Assembly (NCBI GenBank): GCA_029252555.1
Contig: JAQXBF010000005.1
Span: forward strand, 114,460 to 178,459
Direction of reading: 5' to 3'
Source: Porticoccaceae bacterium
GTDB lineage: Bacteria > Pseudomonadota > Gammaproteobacteria > Pseudomonadales > Porticoccaceae
DNA: 64,000 nt
Both the position numbers and the translations under genes were made by a program. The notes beneath the pieces were generated by a model. It was not told the origin of the DNA. It did no database searches and saw only the letters and a program-made list of their open reading frames with translations. This document shows, piece after piece, positions 21,231 through 30,866 of this stretch (positions are counted from its first letter, which is position 1; each line of letters starts with the position of its first letter).

Positions 21231-24200
21231 ATGCCAAAAAGAACTGATATAAAAAGTATCCTCATTCTGGGAGCCGGGCCAATTATTATTGGTCAGGCCT
21301 GTGAGTTCGATTACTCCGGTGCCCAAGCCTGTAAGGCGCTCCGGGAAGAGGGCTTTAGGGTTATTTTGGTTAACTCCAATCCAGCCACCATCATGACTGA
21401 CCCGGCCATGGCCGACGCCACCTATATTGAGCCGGTTGAATGGCGTACCGTCGCCAAGATTATTGAAGATGAACGCCCAGATGCACTGTTGCCGACCATG
21501 GGTGGTCAGACAGCATTGAATTGCGCATTAGATTTGGCCAAACAGGGAGTTTTGGATAAGTTTGGTGTGGAGATGATTGGCGCCAATGCCGATGCGATCG
21601 ACAAAGCGGAAGACCGTGAGCGCTTCGACAAGGCCATGAAGGCGATTTATCTTGAAACTCCAAACTCTGGTATTGCCCACAGCATTGAAGAAGCCTATCA
21701 GGTAGCCGACCGCTTTGGATTCCCCTGCATTATCCGTCCCTCATTTACCATGGGCGGTTCTGGCGGAGGTATTGCCTACAACCGTGAAGAATTTGAAACC
21801 ATCTGCCGCCGTGGTCTGGATCTTTCACCGACCAATGAGTTGTTGATCGATGAGTCACTGATTGGCTGGAAAGAATTTGAGATGGAAGTAGTTCGAGACC
21901 GCAAAGACAATTGCATTATTGTCTGCGCCATTGAAAACCTCGACCCTATGGGTATCCACACTGGTGATTCGATCACCGTTGCCCCAGCTCAGACATTGAC
22001 AGACAAGGAATATCAAATCATGCGCAACGCCTCGATCAAGGTGTTGCGAGAGATCGGTGTAGAAACTGGCGGCTCTAATGTTCAGTTTGCGGTTAACCCA
22101 GAAGATGGCCGCCTGATCGTGATTGAGATGAACCCAAGGGTATCTCGCTCGTCGGCACTTGCATCAAAGGCAACAGGTTTCCCAATTGCCAAAGTTGCGG
22201 CCAAATTGGCTGTGGGTTACACATTGGATGAGTTGCAAAATGAAATTACTAGGGGCGCGACGCCGGCTTCATTTGAACCCAGTATCGATTACGTAGTGAC
22301 CAAAATTCCGCGCTTTGCCTTCGAGAAATTTAATCAGGCAGATGCCACCTTAACCACGCAGATGAAATCTGTGGGTGAGGTAATGGCCATTGGCCGTACC
22401 TTCCAGGAATCCATGCAAAAAGCACTGCGCGGTTTAGAAGTGGGAGTTGCCGGTTTTGACCCACAGCTCGACCTCGATGATGAAGGCTCAACCGCGATAT
22501 TGAATAATCAGCTAGCGGAAGCTGGCCCAGATCGCATTTGGTATCTTGCAGACGGATTCCGTAAAGGAATGAGCATTGAAGAAATGTTTGCCATAACCAA
22601 GGTTGACCCCTGGTTCCTGGTACAGATTGAAGATTTAATTAAAGAAGAGCAGCGTTTAGCGGGGTCTCAATTATCTGACTTAGATAAGCAGAGCCTATAC
22701 AAGCTTAAACGCAAAGGTTTTGCCGACCTCCGTCTCGCCGATATTTTGGGCTGTGCCGAAGCTGATGTGCGCGAACTGCGCTACAGGTATGAACTACACC
22801 CAGTGTATAAGCGTGTCGACACCTGTGCTGCCGAGTTCAGTACCGAAACCGCCTATATGTACTCGACCTATGAAGAAGAGTGCGAGGCGCGACCCAGCGA
22901 TAAAGCCAAGATTTTAGTGCTGGGTGGTGGCCCCAACAGAATTGGGCAGGGCATCGAATTTGACTACTGCTGTGTCCATGCGGCACTGGCCATGCGTGAA
23001 GATGGTTATGAAACCATTATGGTCAACTGTAACCCAGAGACAGTATCCACTGACTACGATACCTCAGATCGGTTGTTCTTTGAGCCAGTGACCCTCGAAG
23101 ATGTATTAGAAATTGTTCGTTTGGAAAAGCCCAAAGGTGTAATTGTTCAGTTCGGTGGCCAGACACCATTGAAACTGGCCCGCGCCCTTGAAGCCCATGG
23201 TGTGCCCATTGTTGGTACAACGCCAGACGCTATTGACCGCGCTGAAGATCGTGAGCGCTTCCAGCAGATGATCGAAAAACTCGGCCTGCTGCAACCCTCT
23301 AATAGCACCGCCCGCAGTGCTGCAGATGCCGTAGAGTTGGCCAAGCAGATTGGTTACCCACTGGTTGTGCGACCCTCCTATGTTTTAGGTGGGCGCGCGA
23401 TGGAAATTGTCTACAAAGAAGACGAACTGTGCCATTACATGAAAACTGCAGTAGAGGTTTCGGAAGACTCCCCGGTGTTACTCGACTTCTTCCTGCCCAA
23501 CGCCATTGAAATGGATGTGGATGCCGTCAGTGATGGGGAACAGGTGGTGATTGGCGCGATTATGCAGCATATCGAGCAGGCGGGTATTCACTCCGGTGAC
23601 TCAGCCTGTTCACTGCCGCCCTACAGTTTAAGCGAAGATATTCAAAACGAAATGCGCGAAGTCTGTAAAAAGATGGCTCGTGAGCTGGGTGTGCGTGGCC
23701 TAATGAATGTTCAGTTGGCACTGCAAGACGGCAAGATTTATGTGATTGAGGTTAACCCTCGCGCATCGCGAACCGTGCCATTTGTTTCTAAATGTATAGG
23801 TACCTCGCTGGCCAAAATAGCGGCTCGCTGTATGGTTGGTCAGACTCTCGAGTCTCAGGGCTTTACCAAGGAAATTATTCCACCATACTTTAGTGTTAAA
23901 GAAGCGGTGTTCCCGTTTAATAAATTCCCAGGCATTGACCCGATTCTTGGACCTGAGATGAAATCGACTGGTGAAGTGATGGGTGTTGGCGAGACCTTTG
24001 CTGAGGCCTATGGCAAAGCGGAGTTGGGCGCCAGCGACGAAATTCCATCCAGTGGCAACGCCTTTATCAGTGTTCGCGAACGGGATAAAGATCAGCTGCC
24101 AGTGCTGGCTGGCAAACTCAAGGCACTTGGCTTTAATCTCATTGCCACCAAAGGTACTGCGGACATCATAGAGGCTTCTGGTATTGAAGTTCAGATGGTC

Positions 24201-24449
24201 AAAAAGGTAAAAGAGGGCAGGCCTCATATTGTGGATATGATCAAGAGTGATAAAATTAACCTGATCATCAACACAACAGAGGGGCGCCAGGCTATTTCTG
24301 ACTCTTCAACCATCAGATCTAGTGCAGAGCAGCATCGAGTCTATTACACAACAACCATGGCAGGTGGTAGTGCAGTTTGTGAAGCACTTCAGTTTGGCGG
24401 AGATATCAAAGTGCGCAATCTACAGTCGCTGCACCAGGGGATAAGCTAA
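21231..24449 (+). CDS. carB: Carbamoyl-phosphate synthase large subunit
   Basis: [30 protein letters not shown], duplicated ATP-grasp domains, C-terminal MGS domain. Confidence 0.99.
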   Translation: MPKRTDIKSILILGAGPIIIGQACEFDYSGAQACKALREEGFRVILVNSNPATIMTDPAMADATYIEPVEWRTVAKIIEDERPDALLPTMGGQTALNCALDLAKQGVLDKFGVEMIGANADAIDKAEDRERFDKAMKAIYLETPNSGIAHSIEEAYQVADRFGFPCIIRPSFTMGGSGGGIAYNREEFETICRRGLDLSPTNELLIDESLIGWKEFEMEVVRDRKDNCIIVCAIENLDPMGIHTGDSITVAPAQTLTDKEYQIMRNASIKVLREIGVETGGSNVQFAVNPEDGRLIVIEMNPRVSRSSALASKATGFPIAKVAAKLAVGYTLDELQNEITRGATPASFEPSIDYVVTKIPRFAFEKFNQADATLTTQMKSVGEVMAIGRTFQESMQKALRGLEVGVAGFDPQLDLDDEGSTAILNNQLAEAGPDRIWYLADGFRKGMSIEEMFAITKVDPWFLVQIEDLIKEEQRLAGSQLSDLDKQSLYKLKRKGFADLRLADILGCAEADVRELRYRYELHPVYKRVDTCAAEFSTETAYMYSTYEEECEARPSDKAKILVLGGGPNRIGQGIEFDYCCVHAALAMREDGYETIMVNCNPETVSTDYDTSDRLFFEPVTLEDVLEIVRLEKPKGVIVQFGGQTPLKLARALEAHGVPIVGTTPDAIDRAEDRERFQQMIEKLGLLQPSNSTARSAADAVELAKQIGYPLVVRPSYVLGGRAMEIVYKEDELCHYMKTAVEVSEDSPVLLDFFLPNAIEMDVDAVSDGEQVVIGAIMQHIEQAGIHSGDSACSLPPYSLSEDIQNEMREVCKKMARELGVRGLMNVQLALQDGKIYVIEVNPRASRTVPFVSKCIGTSLAKIAARCMVGQTLESQGFTKEIIPPYFSVKEAVFPFNKFPGIDPILGPEMKSTGEVMGVGETFAEAYGKAELGASDEIPSSGNAFISVRERDKDQLPVLAGKLKALGFNLIATKGTADIIEASGIEVQMVKKVKEGRPHIVDMIKSDKINLIINTTEGRQAISDSSTIRSSAEQHRVYYTTTMAGGSAVCEALQFGGDIKVRNLQSLHQGIS

Positions 24450-24931
24450 TGCAAAAGAATCCAATGACAGTCGAGGGCGAAGCGGCCCTACGCAAAGAGG
24501 TCGATCATCTGATCAAGGTGGTGCGTCCGGGCATTATCGAAGCTATTGCGACGGCTCGGGAACATGGCGATCTAAAAGAAAATGCCGAATATCATGCGGC
24601 TCGTGAACAGCAGAGTTTTGCCGAAGGGCGTATTCAGGATATTGAAGGTAAGCTGTCAAACTCCCAAGTCATTGATATATCAAAAATCCCTCAGGGCGAC
24701 CGAGTAATTTTTGGTTCCACGGTAACCATTATCAATATGGATACTGACGCACAGGTGACTTACCGGATTGTCGGTGATGATGAAGCCAATGTGAAAGAAG
24801 GTAAAATTTCCTACCAATCACCGATTGCCCGCGCGCTTATCAGCAAAGAGATTGGTGATGTGGTGGTGGTTAAAGCGCCGAGTGGCGATGTAGAGTATGA
24901 AATAGACGACGTGGTTTACACACCGTCCTGA
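24449..24931 (+). CDS. greA: Transcription elongation factor GreA
   Basis: [30 protein letters not shown]. Confidence 0.98.
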   Translation: MQKNPMTVEGEAALRKEVDHLIKVVRPGIIEAIATAREHGDLKENAEYHAAREQQSFAEGRIQDIEGKLSNSQVIDISKIPQGDRVIFGSTVTIINMDTDAQVTYRIVGDDEANVKEGKISYQSPIARALISKEIGDVVVVKAPSGDVEYEIDDVVYTPS

Positions 24932-24945
24932 TGTTTAAAGCTTGC

Positions 24946-24971
24946 AAAAAAAGCCAGCTAGCTGCTGGCTT
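24946..24971 (-). terminator. Terminator of argD-argF at the convergent junction with greA
   Basis: AAGCCAGC/GCTGGCTT stem overlapping the argF stop; A-run at 24946-24952 reads as a U tract on the minus strand. Confidence 0.6.
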
Positions 24972-25872
24972 GTAACAAAAATACCATCAGCGCCTTCTGC
25001 GCATGCAAACGATTTTCAGCCTCGTCCCAAACCACCGAAATATCGCTGTCTTCCAATAGCTCTGTAGACACTTCTTCATCTCTGTGAGCAGGCAGGCAGT
25101 GCATAAACAGCGCATTATCTGCCGCATGGGACATTAGCTGATGGTTTACTTGGAATCCCGCAAACTTCTCCATACGCTCTTCCTGTTCTTGTTCCTGACC
25201 CATGGAGGCAAATACATCAGTGGTAACCAGATCTGCACCCTGTGCTGCTGCAAGAGGATCATTAGTGACCATTAGGCGATGGCCAGCTTCTGCCACTAAA
25301 GCTGCATCCGGTTCATAGCCAACAGGGCAGGCAATCTGCAGTTTAAAGTCGAACTGGATGGCTGCGTTAATCCAAGAGTTGCACATATTATTCCCGTCGC
25401 CAATCCAGGCGACGGTTTTGCCTTGAATCGAGCCACGGTGTTCCACAAAGGTCTGCACATCTGCCAGTAACTGACAGGGGTGAAATTCGTTAGTCAGAGC
25501 ATTGATAACTGGCACATCAGAATATTCGGCAAAACCCTCGACGATCTCCTGGCCGTGGGTGCGTATCATGACAATATCGACCATACGCGAGATAACCCGA
25601 GCTGAGTCTTCAATAGGTTCGCCGCGCCCCAGCTGAGTATCATTGGGAGAAAGAAACAGGGCGTCACCACCAAGCTGGGCCATACCCGCTTCAAAAGACA
25701 CACGGGTTCTGGTGGAAGACTTTTCGAAAATCATACCCAGCACTTTGCCCGCAAAAATGGGCTCTTGGCGGCCTTCTCGTTTGGCCGCTTTCATCTCAAT
25801 AGCCAGATTGATCACCTGGTTTAACTCGGCAGGGCTAAGATCTCGCAGGGAAAGGAAATGTCTAATCGCCAT
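24958..25872 (-). CDS. argF: Ornithine carbamoyltransferase
   Basis: [39 protein letters not shown]. Confidence 0.98.
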   Translation of the reverse strand: MAIRHFLSLRDLSPAELNQVINLAIEMKAAKREGRQEPIFAGKVLGMIFEKSSTRTRVSFEAGMAQLGGDALFLSPNDTQLGRGEPIEDSARVISRMVDIVMIRTHGQEIVEGFAEYSDVPVINALTNEFHPCQLLADVQTFVEHRGSIQGKTVAWIGDGNNMCNSWINAAIQFDFKLQIACPVGYEPDAALVAEAGHRLMVTNDPLAAAQGADLVTTDVFASMGQEQEQEERMEKFAGFQVNHQLMSHAADNALFMHCLPAHRDEEVSTELLEDSDISVVWDEAENRLHAQKALMVFLLQASS

Positions 25873-25878
25873 AATGCA

Positions 25879-27063
25879 TTAGTCCTTTTTAAAATCTTTA
25901 ATAAGAGGCACTAGAATCGACACAAGCTGATCCGCTTCTTCATTGGTCATAACAAAGGGTGGCAATAATCGAATCACCGAGTCTGCGGTCACATTGATAA
26001 TTAATCCTTTATCCATGGCGGCCATAAACAAGGATTTACAGGGTTTGGTTAACTCAACGCCGATCATACAGCCGCGCCCACGAACTTCCTTCACGTGGTC
26101 AATATCGGCCAGTCCATATTTCAAGGCAGCCATAATCCGTTCGCCCAATTCTCCGGCGCGAATATCTAGCTCACCCTCAACTATTGCAGTGACTGCCGCA
26201 AGCCCGGCTGCACAGGACAGAGGGTTGCCGCCAAAGGTCGAGCCATGATTGCCAGGCTGCATTAATTTTGCCGCTTCACCGGAAGCCAAACAGGCTCCAA
26301 TAGGGACCCCATTGCCAAGACCTTTTGAGGTGGTGACTACATCGGGAAGGATGCCGCTGTGCTGATAGCAGAAATATTTTCCAGTGCGGCCATTGCCAGT
26401 TTGCACCTCATCTAACATCAGTAACCAGCCACGCTGATCGCAGAGTTCTCTGAGTTTTTTCAGGTACTCTTCATCTGCGACTCTGATACCGCCTTCCCCC
26501 TGAATCGGTTCTACAAAAATGGCGCAGATATCAGGGTTGTTGTCACCCATAGTTTCCAGAGCCCTGATGTCATCAAACGGGCCACGGGCAAAACCATGCA
26601 CCAGAGGTTCAAAGCCCGCCTGCACTTTGCGGCTGCCAGAGGCAGTTAAGGTGGCCAACGTGCGGCCATGAAAAGCATCGTCCATCACCAAAACAGTGGG
26701 CAGTTTGATGCCTTTTTTATGGCCGTGGAGCCGTGCCATTTTAATAGCGGCTTCGTTGGCTTCAGCGCCTGAGTTGCCAAAGAAGACATTGGTCATCCCC
26801 GAGATTTCCCGAAGCTTGTCGGCGAGCTGTAATTGATTGGGGATTTCAAAAAAATTGGAACAATGGGTTAGAGTACTGGCCTGTGTGGATACTGCGGCAG
26901 CTATCTTCGGGTGGGAGTGGCCAAGGCCACAGACTGCAATTCCTGAGAGAGCATCAAGATATTTGTTGCCTTTATCATCCCACAACCAAGCGCCTTCACC
27001 TTTAACCAAGGTGGCCGCTCTGGCTCCGTAGGTATTCATTACAGCGCTAGTTGCCATGTCCAT
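25879..27063 (-). CDS. argD: Acetylornithine aminotransferase (class III, PLP)
   Basis: NSGAEANEAAIK, FHGRT, EPIQGEGG, DEVQTGNGRTG, KGLGNG; adjacent to argF. Confidence 0.95.
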   Translation of the reverse strand: MDMATSAVMNTYGARAATLVKGEGAWLWDDKGNKYLDALSGIAVCGLGHSHPKIAAAVSTQASTLTHCSNFFEIPNQLQLADKLREISGMTNVFFGNSGAEANEAAIKMARLHGHKKGIKLPTVLVMDDAFHGRTLATLTASGSRKVQAGFEPLVHGFARGPFDDIRALETMGDNNPDICAIFVEPIQGEGGIRVADEEYLKKLRELCDQRGWLLMLDEVQTGNGRTGKYFCYQHSGILPDVVTTSKGLGNGVPIGACLASGEAAKLMQPGNHGSTFGGNPLSCAAGLAAVTAIVEGELDIRAGELGERIMAALKYGLADIDHVKEVRGRGCMIGVELTKPCKSLFMAAMDKGLIINVTADSVIRLLPPFVMTNEEADQLVSILVPLIKDFKKD

Positions 27064-27084
27064 TTCTCTGACGGTTTCGGAATT

Positions 27085-27148
27085 AAAAAAGGGCAGCTTT
27101 GCTGCCCTATTTAGTTAAGAGTATAAGAATATATGTGTTTTTTTTCAA
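27085..27148 (-). promoter_or_regulatory. Sigma70 promoter of argDF followed immediately by a terminator-like hairpin
   Basis: Minus strand TTGAAA (27148-27143), 17 bp, TATACT (27125-27120); then AGGGCAGC-AAA-GCTGCCCT-TTTTT (27108-27085). Confidence 0.6.
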
Positions 27149-27190
27149 TTCTCTGGAGCCATAATTCGCTCCGCTAATGTGCTTCCCAGT

Positions 27191-28108
27191 TTACTTAGCG
27201 AAGTAAAATCGCCGCCACATGCTCAAGCCAAAGCCCAGCGATAAGAACCAAACGAATAGCTCTATCCAGTTTGGATTACTGTTGTAACCAAAAAAGCCTT
27301 TTAAAAACACCCCAATATGCCCTTTATCATGGAGCAGGTGGGTATATCGTTCCTTGTTATTGAGGTTATAGTTATAAAAAGCAGGGTTGTCAGATGGCTG
27401 CAGAGCCTCGACTGGTTTCAATATGCTGTACGGTCTTGCGATATCATTTTTTGATTCGAGCCCAATGAGTTCTAGATGATCTCCTTTAACCAAAAACTCT
27501 TCTACTTCATGGGTGCCATAGGTCATCATGCCCGAGGCGAAAATAACCAGCAGCAGGCTGGTAATTCTAAAGTATGAGCGTAGGTTCGACTTTTTACCCT
27601 GAATAACAACTGCGTAACCAATAATGATTGCGATAAATAAACCAGAGAAGAACCCTAGGTAAGAAAACGACTCCATCATGGAGAAGCTGCCCATTAGGAA
27701 GATTACCGTTTCAAAGCCTTCCCGTAAAATGGCGAAAAATACAATTAGAAAGACTCCCCAGCCAGCAGTGGCAATTGCTGCGTTTGTTTCCGCGGCCAGT
27801 TCAGAGGTCTGCCCAACCTGTTTTGAAAGCCAAAAAATTACGTACCATATAAGACCAGCAGTGATAAACATTGAAACGGCTTCAAACAGAGCTTCTATGG
27901 AGGCGTTGCCAATAGATGCTTTCACGCGCATTAGCAGCATTCCCGACAGTATACTGGCGATGATCGCGCAGCCCACACCCAGCCAAAGTTGCTTGATTTC
28001 TCTTTTTAAGCCCTGCTTGTGCAATAGGGTATAAATTATTCCAACGATTAATGCTGCTTCCATGCTCTCGCGGAACATAATAATAAATTCATTCATAGTC
28101 ACTGCCAC
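27191..28108 (-). CDS. FTR1/EfeU-family iron permease
   Basis: Two REXXE motifs (FRESMEAALIV, LREGFETVIF), multiple TM helices, Fur-like box upstream. Confidence 0.9.
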   Translation of the reverse strand: MAVTMNEFIIMFRESMEAALIVGIIYTLLHKQGLKREIKQLWLGVGCAIIASILSGMLLMRVKASIGNASIEALFEAVSMFITAGLIWYVIFWLSKQVGQTSELAAETNAAIATAGWGVFLIVFFAILREGFETVIFLMGSFSMMESFSYLGFFSGLFIAIIIGYAVVIQGKKSNLRSYFRITSLLLVIFASGMMTYGTHEVEEFLVKGDHLELIGLESKNDIARPYSILKPVEALQPSDNPAFYNYNLNNKERYTHLLHDKGHIGVFLKGFFGYNSNPNWIELFVWFLSLGFGLSMWRRFYFAK

Positions 28109-28197
28109 TCATGTATGTAGTTGTTGGAGATTTAAGTGCCGAGTTTAATAACTTCTTTGAAGGTCTATTCAAACCGCATTATACAGCAGGATGCTCA

Positions 28198-28216
28198 AAT
28201 GCAAATAGTTATCATT
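28198..28216. promoter_or_regulatory. Putative Fur box upstream of the FTR1 permease (divergent from grxD)
   Basis: AATGCAAATAGTTATCATT; core TGCAAATAGTTATCA matches 11/14 defined positions of TGATAATNATTATCA. Confidence 0.7.
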
Positions 28217-28345
28217 ACTGTTAATACGCAAATTTAGTGCGGCTAAGAACTATATTTTGATTCATCGCGTAAATTTGATTCCGGAAACAGGGCAAACGCA
28301 GTAAAATGATCTCCCGCCATCGTTTTTATTAAAAGGTTAATATCA

Positions 28346-28675
28346 ATGGACATCATGGATACAATTCGAGACCAGGTAGAAAATAATTCAGTGCTTCTTT
28401 ATATGAAAGGGTCGCCGAATCAGCCTCAATGTGGCTTTTCGTCGCGTACTGTTCAGGCATTGATGGGCTGCGGTCACCGGTTTGCCTATGTCGATATTTT
28501 GTCTAATCCAGAGATTCGGGAAAATCTGCCGCTTTTTGGCAACTGGCCTACCTTTCCGCAACTGTGGGTTGCTGGCGAGTTAATCGGCGGTTGCGATATC
28601 GTTACCGAGATGCACGAAAAAGGTGAACTCAAAACACTGATTGATGAAGTTGTTGAGTCTGAAAATCCAGAGTAA
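28346..28675 (+). CDS. grxD: Monothiol glutaredoxin Grx4
   Basis: LYMKGSPNQPQCGFS, NWPTFPQLW, GGCDI. Confidence 0.97.
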   Translation: MDIMDTIRDQVENNSVLLYMKGSPNQPQCGFSSRTVQALMGCGHRFAYVDILSNPEIRENLPLFGNWPTFPQLWVAGELIGGCDIVTEMHEKGELKTLIDEVVESENPE

Positions 28676-28893
28676 GGCTGCCAACAGTACGTTTGGGCTC
28701 TCCAATAGTAAGGCAGAAGGTTTAACCCGAACTTTACCTAGCGTGCTGTTATCCCCCGTTCAAAGCCCCGTCTAATATTTTTCTTCCTTGCCAGATTCAT
28801 GCTGCTAACGCAGTGTGACTAGGGGTATTGGCGCCCGCAGAAACAGTAATAACCTCCACCTTGATCAGAAATTAATGCGCACTGAATAAATTG

Positions 28894-28930
28894 TTGACAT
28901 CATTAATACGAATCATTATCATTTGCATTT
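28894..28930 (+). promoter_or_regulatory. Sigma70 promoter overlapped by a Fur box, upstream of the DUF4856-imelysin-TBDR operon
   Basis: TTGACA (28894-28899), 17 bp, TATCAT (28917-28922); overlapping TACGAATCATTATCA (28907-28921; 11/14 to the Fur 7-1-7 consensus) continuing TTTGCATT. Confidence 0.8.
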
Positions 28931-29083
28931 ATTGTTGATGAGATGTTAGTTGGAAGCAAGCTAAAGCGACTCATCTGTTGAGTGCTATGTGCCCTTAAGA
29001 AACATCCGCTGGGTAAAGCATAACCCACCTACTGACTGGCGTTGGGCCAGCAATCGGTAGATTAAAATGATCAAGGAAGTACT

Positions 29084-30775
29084 ATGAATTTCAAGTTACT
29101 GCTGTCTAAATCTCTTATTGGGCTGTCCCTGTGTCTGTTGGTTGCCTGTGGCGGCGGTGGCGGAGGAAGTACTCCAGCACCTGTGGTTACAGATACTGAT
29201 GGTGATGGTGTAGCTGACACATCTGATGCTTTCCCAAATGATGCTTCAGAGTCGACGGATGCTGACTCAGATAATGTTGGAGATAATGCGGATAATTGCC
29301 CCGATAATGCCAACGAGGCCCAGGCAGATACCGACGCCAATGGGCAGGGTGATGCCTGTGACGCAATGCCAGAGATATATAGCTATACCAACTCAACCTA
29401 TACTGCAGACAGTGACTCAGTGAGCTATACCGGTCAAACTGCTAGACACATGCTTATTTCTGGCATGGTTGACTATATGTCAGCTATGACAGAGTCTGGG
29501 AAAACCAAGGCGGAATACATTACTGATCTGGATTTTTTTATGAATGGCGATGGTGCTGATGGAGCATCTACTGGTTTTAGGCTCAAAAATGGCGCTGCCG
29601 ATGGCAGTGATGTAGATAGCGCAGCGACCTATGGCGCAGTATCTTCTGGTAAGAATTTAGATGGAAAAATTGCCGGTGGCAATGGCGAGGGTGGCGGTGA
29701 GACCTCAAAGTTAATCGGGGGTGAGTTCTTTGGCTGGTCAGACGGGCTATCTCTGGGTTCTCTGCCGATTAACCTAGTAGACCTCTGGGTCGATCAGCTG
29801 GCAACTCAGGCATCAGATGGCATATCGGTAACGGTTTCAACGGTCGATGGCGATGTTAATGTCAGCAGCGTTCAATACGACGCTCATGGCCGTAATCAGC
29901 GTCAGTTATTGCAGAAGTTTTTGCTGGGCGCTGTGACCTTCTCTCAGGGCACTAATGATTACTTCCAGGCAGATTTCGCCACTGAGATTGCTGAGCAGGA
30001 AGGCAGCAAAAATTATTCTGCCGGCGAGCACAATTTCGACGAAGCTTTTGGCTACTTTGGCGCTGCACGGGATAACAATGCATATACCGATTTGGAAGCC
30101 CGCGCTAAAAGCGGCCGAGACGGTTGGAAAAATGGTTACTACGATACAGACGGCAATGGTCTGATCAATCCTCGTAGTGAGTTTAACTTCGGCAATGCCC
30201 AGAACTGTGCGAAGCGCGATGTGGGTACTGCAGATAATGCTAATCCCACTGACCTCTCGACGGAAGCTATGAATGCATTCTTGGCGGGTCGTCAAATTCT
30301 GAGTAATGCGGCCAATACAGGTACCATGACTGCGGATGAAGAGGCAGCTCTAGCTGTGCAAATCAAGGCTGCGGCACTGACCTGGGAAAAATGCATTGCA
30401 GCCACAGTGATTCATTATATTAATGATGTCACTGCTGATATGAGTAACTATTCTGCGGGCAGTTATGCTGATGTTGCTAATTTCACCGATGTAGGTAAGC
30501 ACTGGTCTGAGATGAAAGGTTTTGCATTAGGTCTTCAGTTCAGCCCATTCTCGCCCTTCCGAGATGAAGCCGTAACCACTGTTGATCTCAATGATTTGAA
30601 AACACTGCTTACAGATCTTGGTGACGCACCTATGCTGGCCGACGGTAGCCAAGGTGGTGTTTTGGCTGGTGATACAGATGCTGCCATCGCCGCGTATACT
30701 TCCAAGCTCGCTGCCGCTAGGCAGACATTGCAAGCTGCCTACAGTTTCGATGCAGATAATGTTGCCGGTTGGTAA
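29084..30775 (+). CDS. DUF4856-like lipoprotein with N-terminal thrombospondin type-3 (Ca-binding) repeats
   Basis: Lipobox LVAC plus Gly linker; DTDGDGVADTSDAFP...DNCP...DTDANGQGDACD; SYTGQTAR, HNFDEAFGYFG, QNCAKRD, KHWSEMKGF recognised as DUF4856-type motifs. Confidence 0.8.
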   Translation: MNFKLLLSKSLIGLSLCLLVACGGGGGGSTPAPVVTDTDGDGVADTSDAFPNDASESTDADSDNVGDNADNCPDNANEAQADTDANGQGDACDAMPEIYSYTNSTYTADSDSVSYTGQTARHMLISGMVDYMSAMTESGKTKAEYITDLDFFMNGDGADGASTGFRLKNGAADGSDVDSAATYGAVSSGKNLDGKIAGGNGEGGGETSKLIGGEFFGWSDGLSLGSLPINLVDLWVDQLATQASDGISVTVSTVDGDVNVSSVQYDAHGRNQRQLLQKFLLGAVTFSQGTNDYFQADFATEIAEQEGSKNYSAGEHNFDEAFGYFGAARDNNAYTDLEARAKSGRDGWKNGYYDTDGNGLINPRSEFNFGNAQNCAKRDVGTADNANPTDLSTEAMNAFLAGRQILSNAANTGTMTADEEAALAVQIKAAALTWEKCIAATVIHYINDVTADMSNYSAGSYADVANFTDVGKHWSEMKGFALGLQFSPFSPFRDEAVTTVDLNDLKTLLTDLGDAPMLADGSQGGVLAGDTDAAIAAYTSKLAAARQTLQAAYSFDADNVAGW

Positions 30776-30822
30776 ACTTTCAAAAGCCCGGAAATCAGGG
30801 GCAGAATGGGTTAACATCATTT

Positions 30823-30844
30823 GGGGCTAGCTTCGGCTAGCCCT
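30823..30844 (+). other. C(UUCG)G tetraloop hairpin between operon genes 1 and 2
   Basis: GGGGCTAGC-TTCG-GCTAGCCCT followed by TACTT. Confidence 0.75.
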
Positions 30845-30866
30845 TACTTATTGGAGAGACAATCAA

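Noticed and set aside
28680-28860. Minus-strand frame between grxD and the Fur promoter that reads protein-like (VITVSAGANTP...FCLTIGEP)
   Set aside because: It has several stops and no recognisable family motif; I cannot support a pseudogene call without a homology search.
28923-29083. Cobalamin or TPP riboswitch ahead of the TBDR operon
   Set aside because: The conserved cores of these riboswitches (B12 box; TPP CTGAGA and ACCTG elements) are not recognisable.
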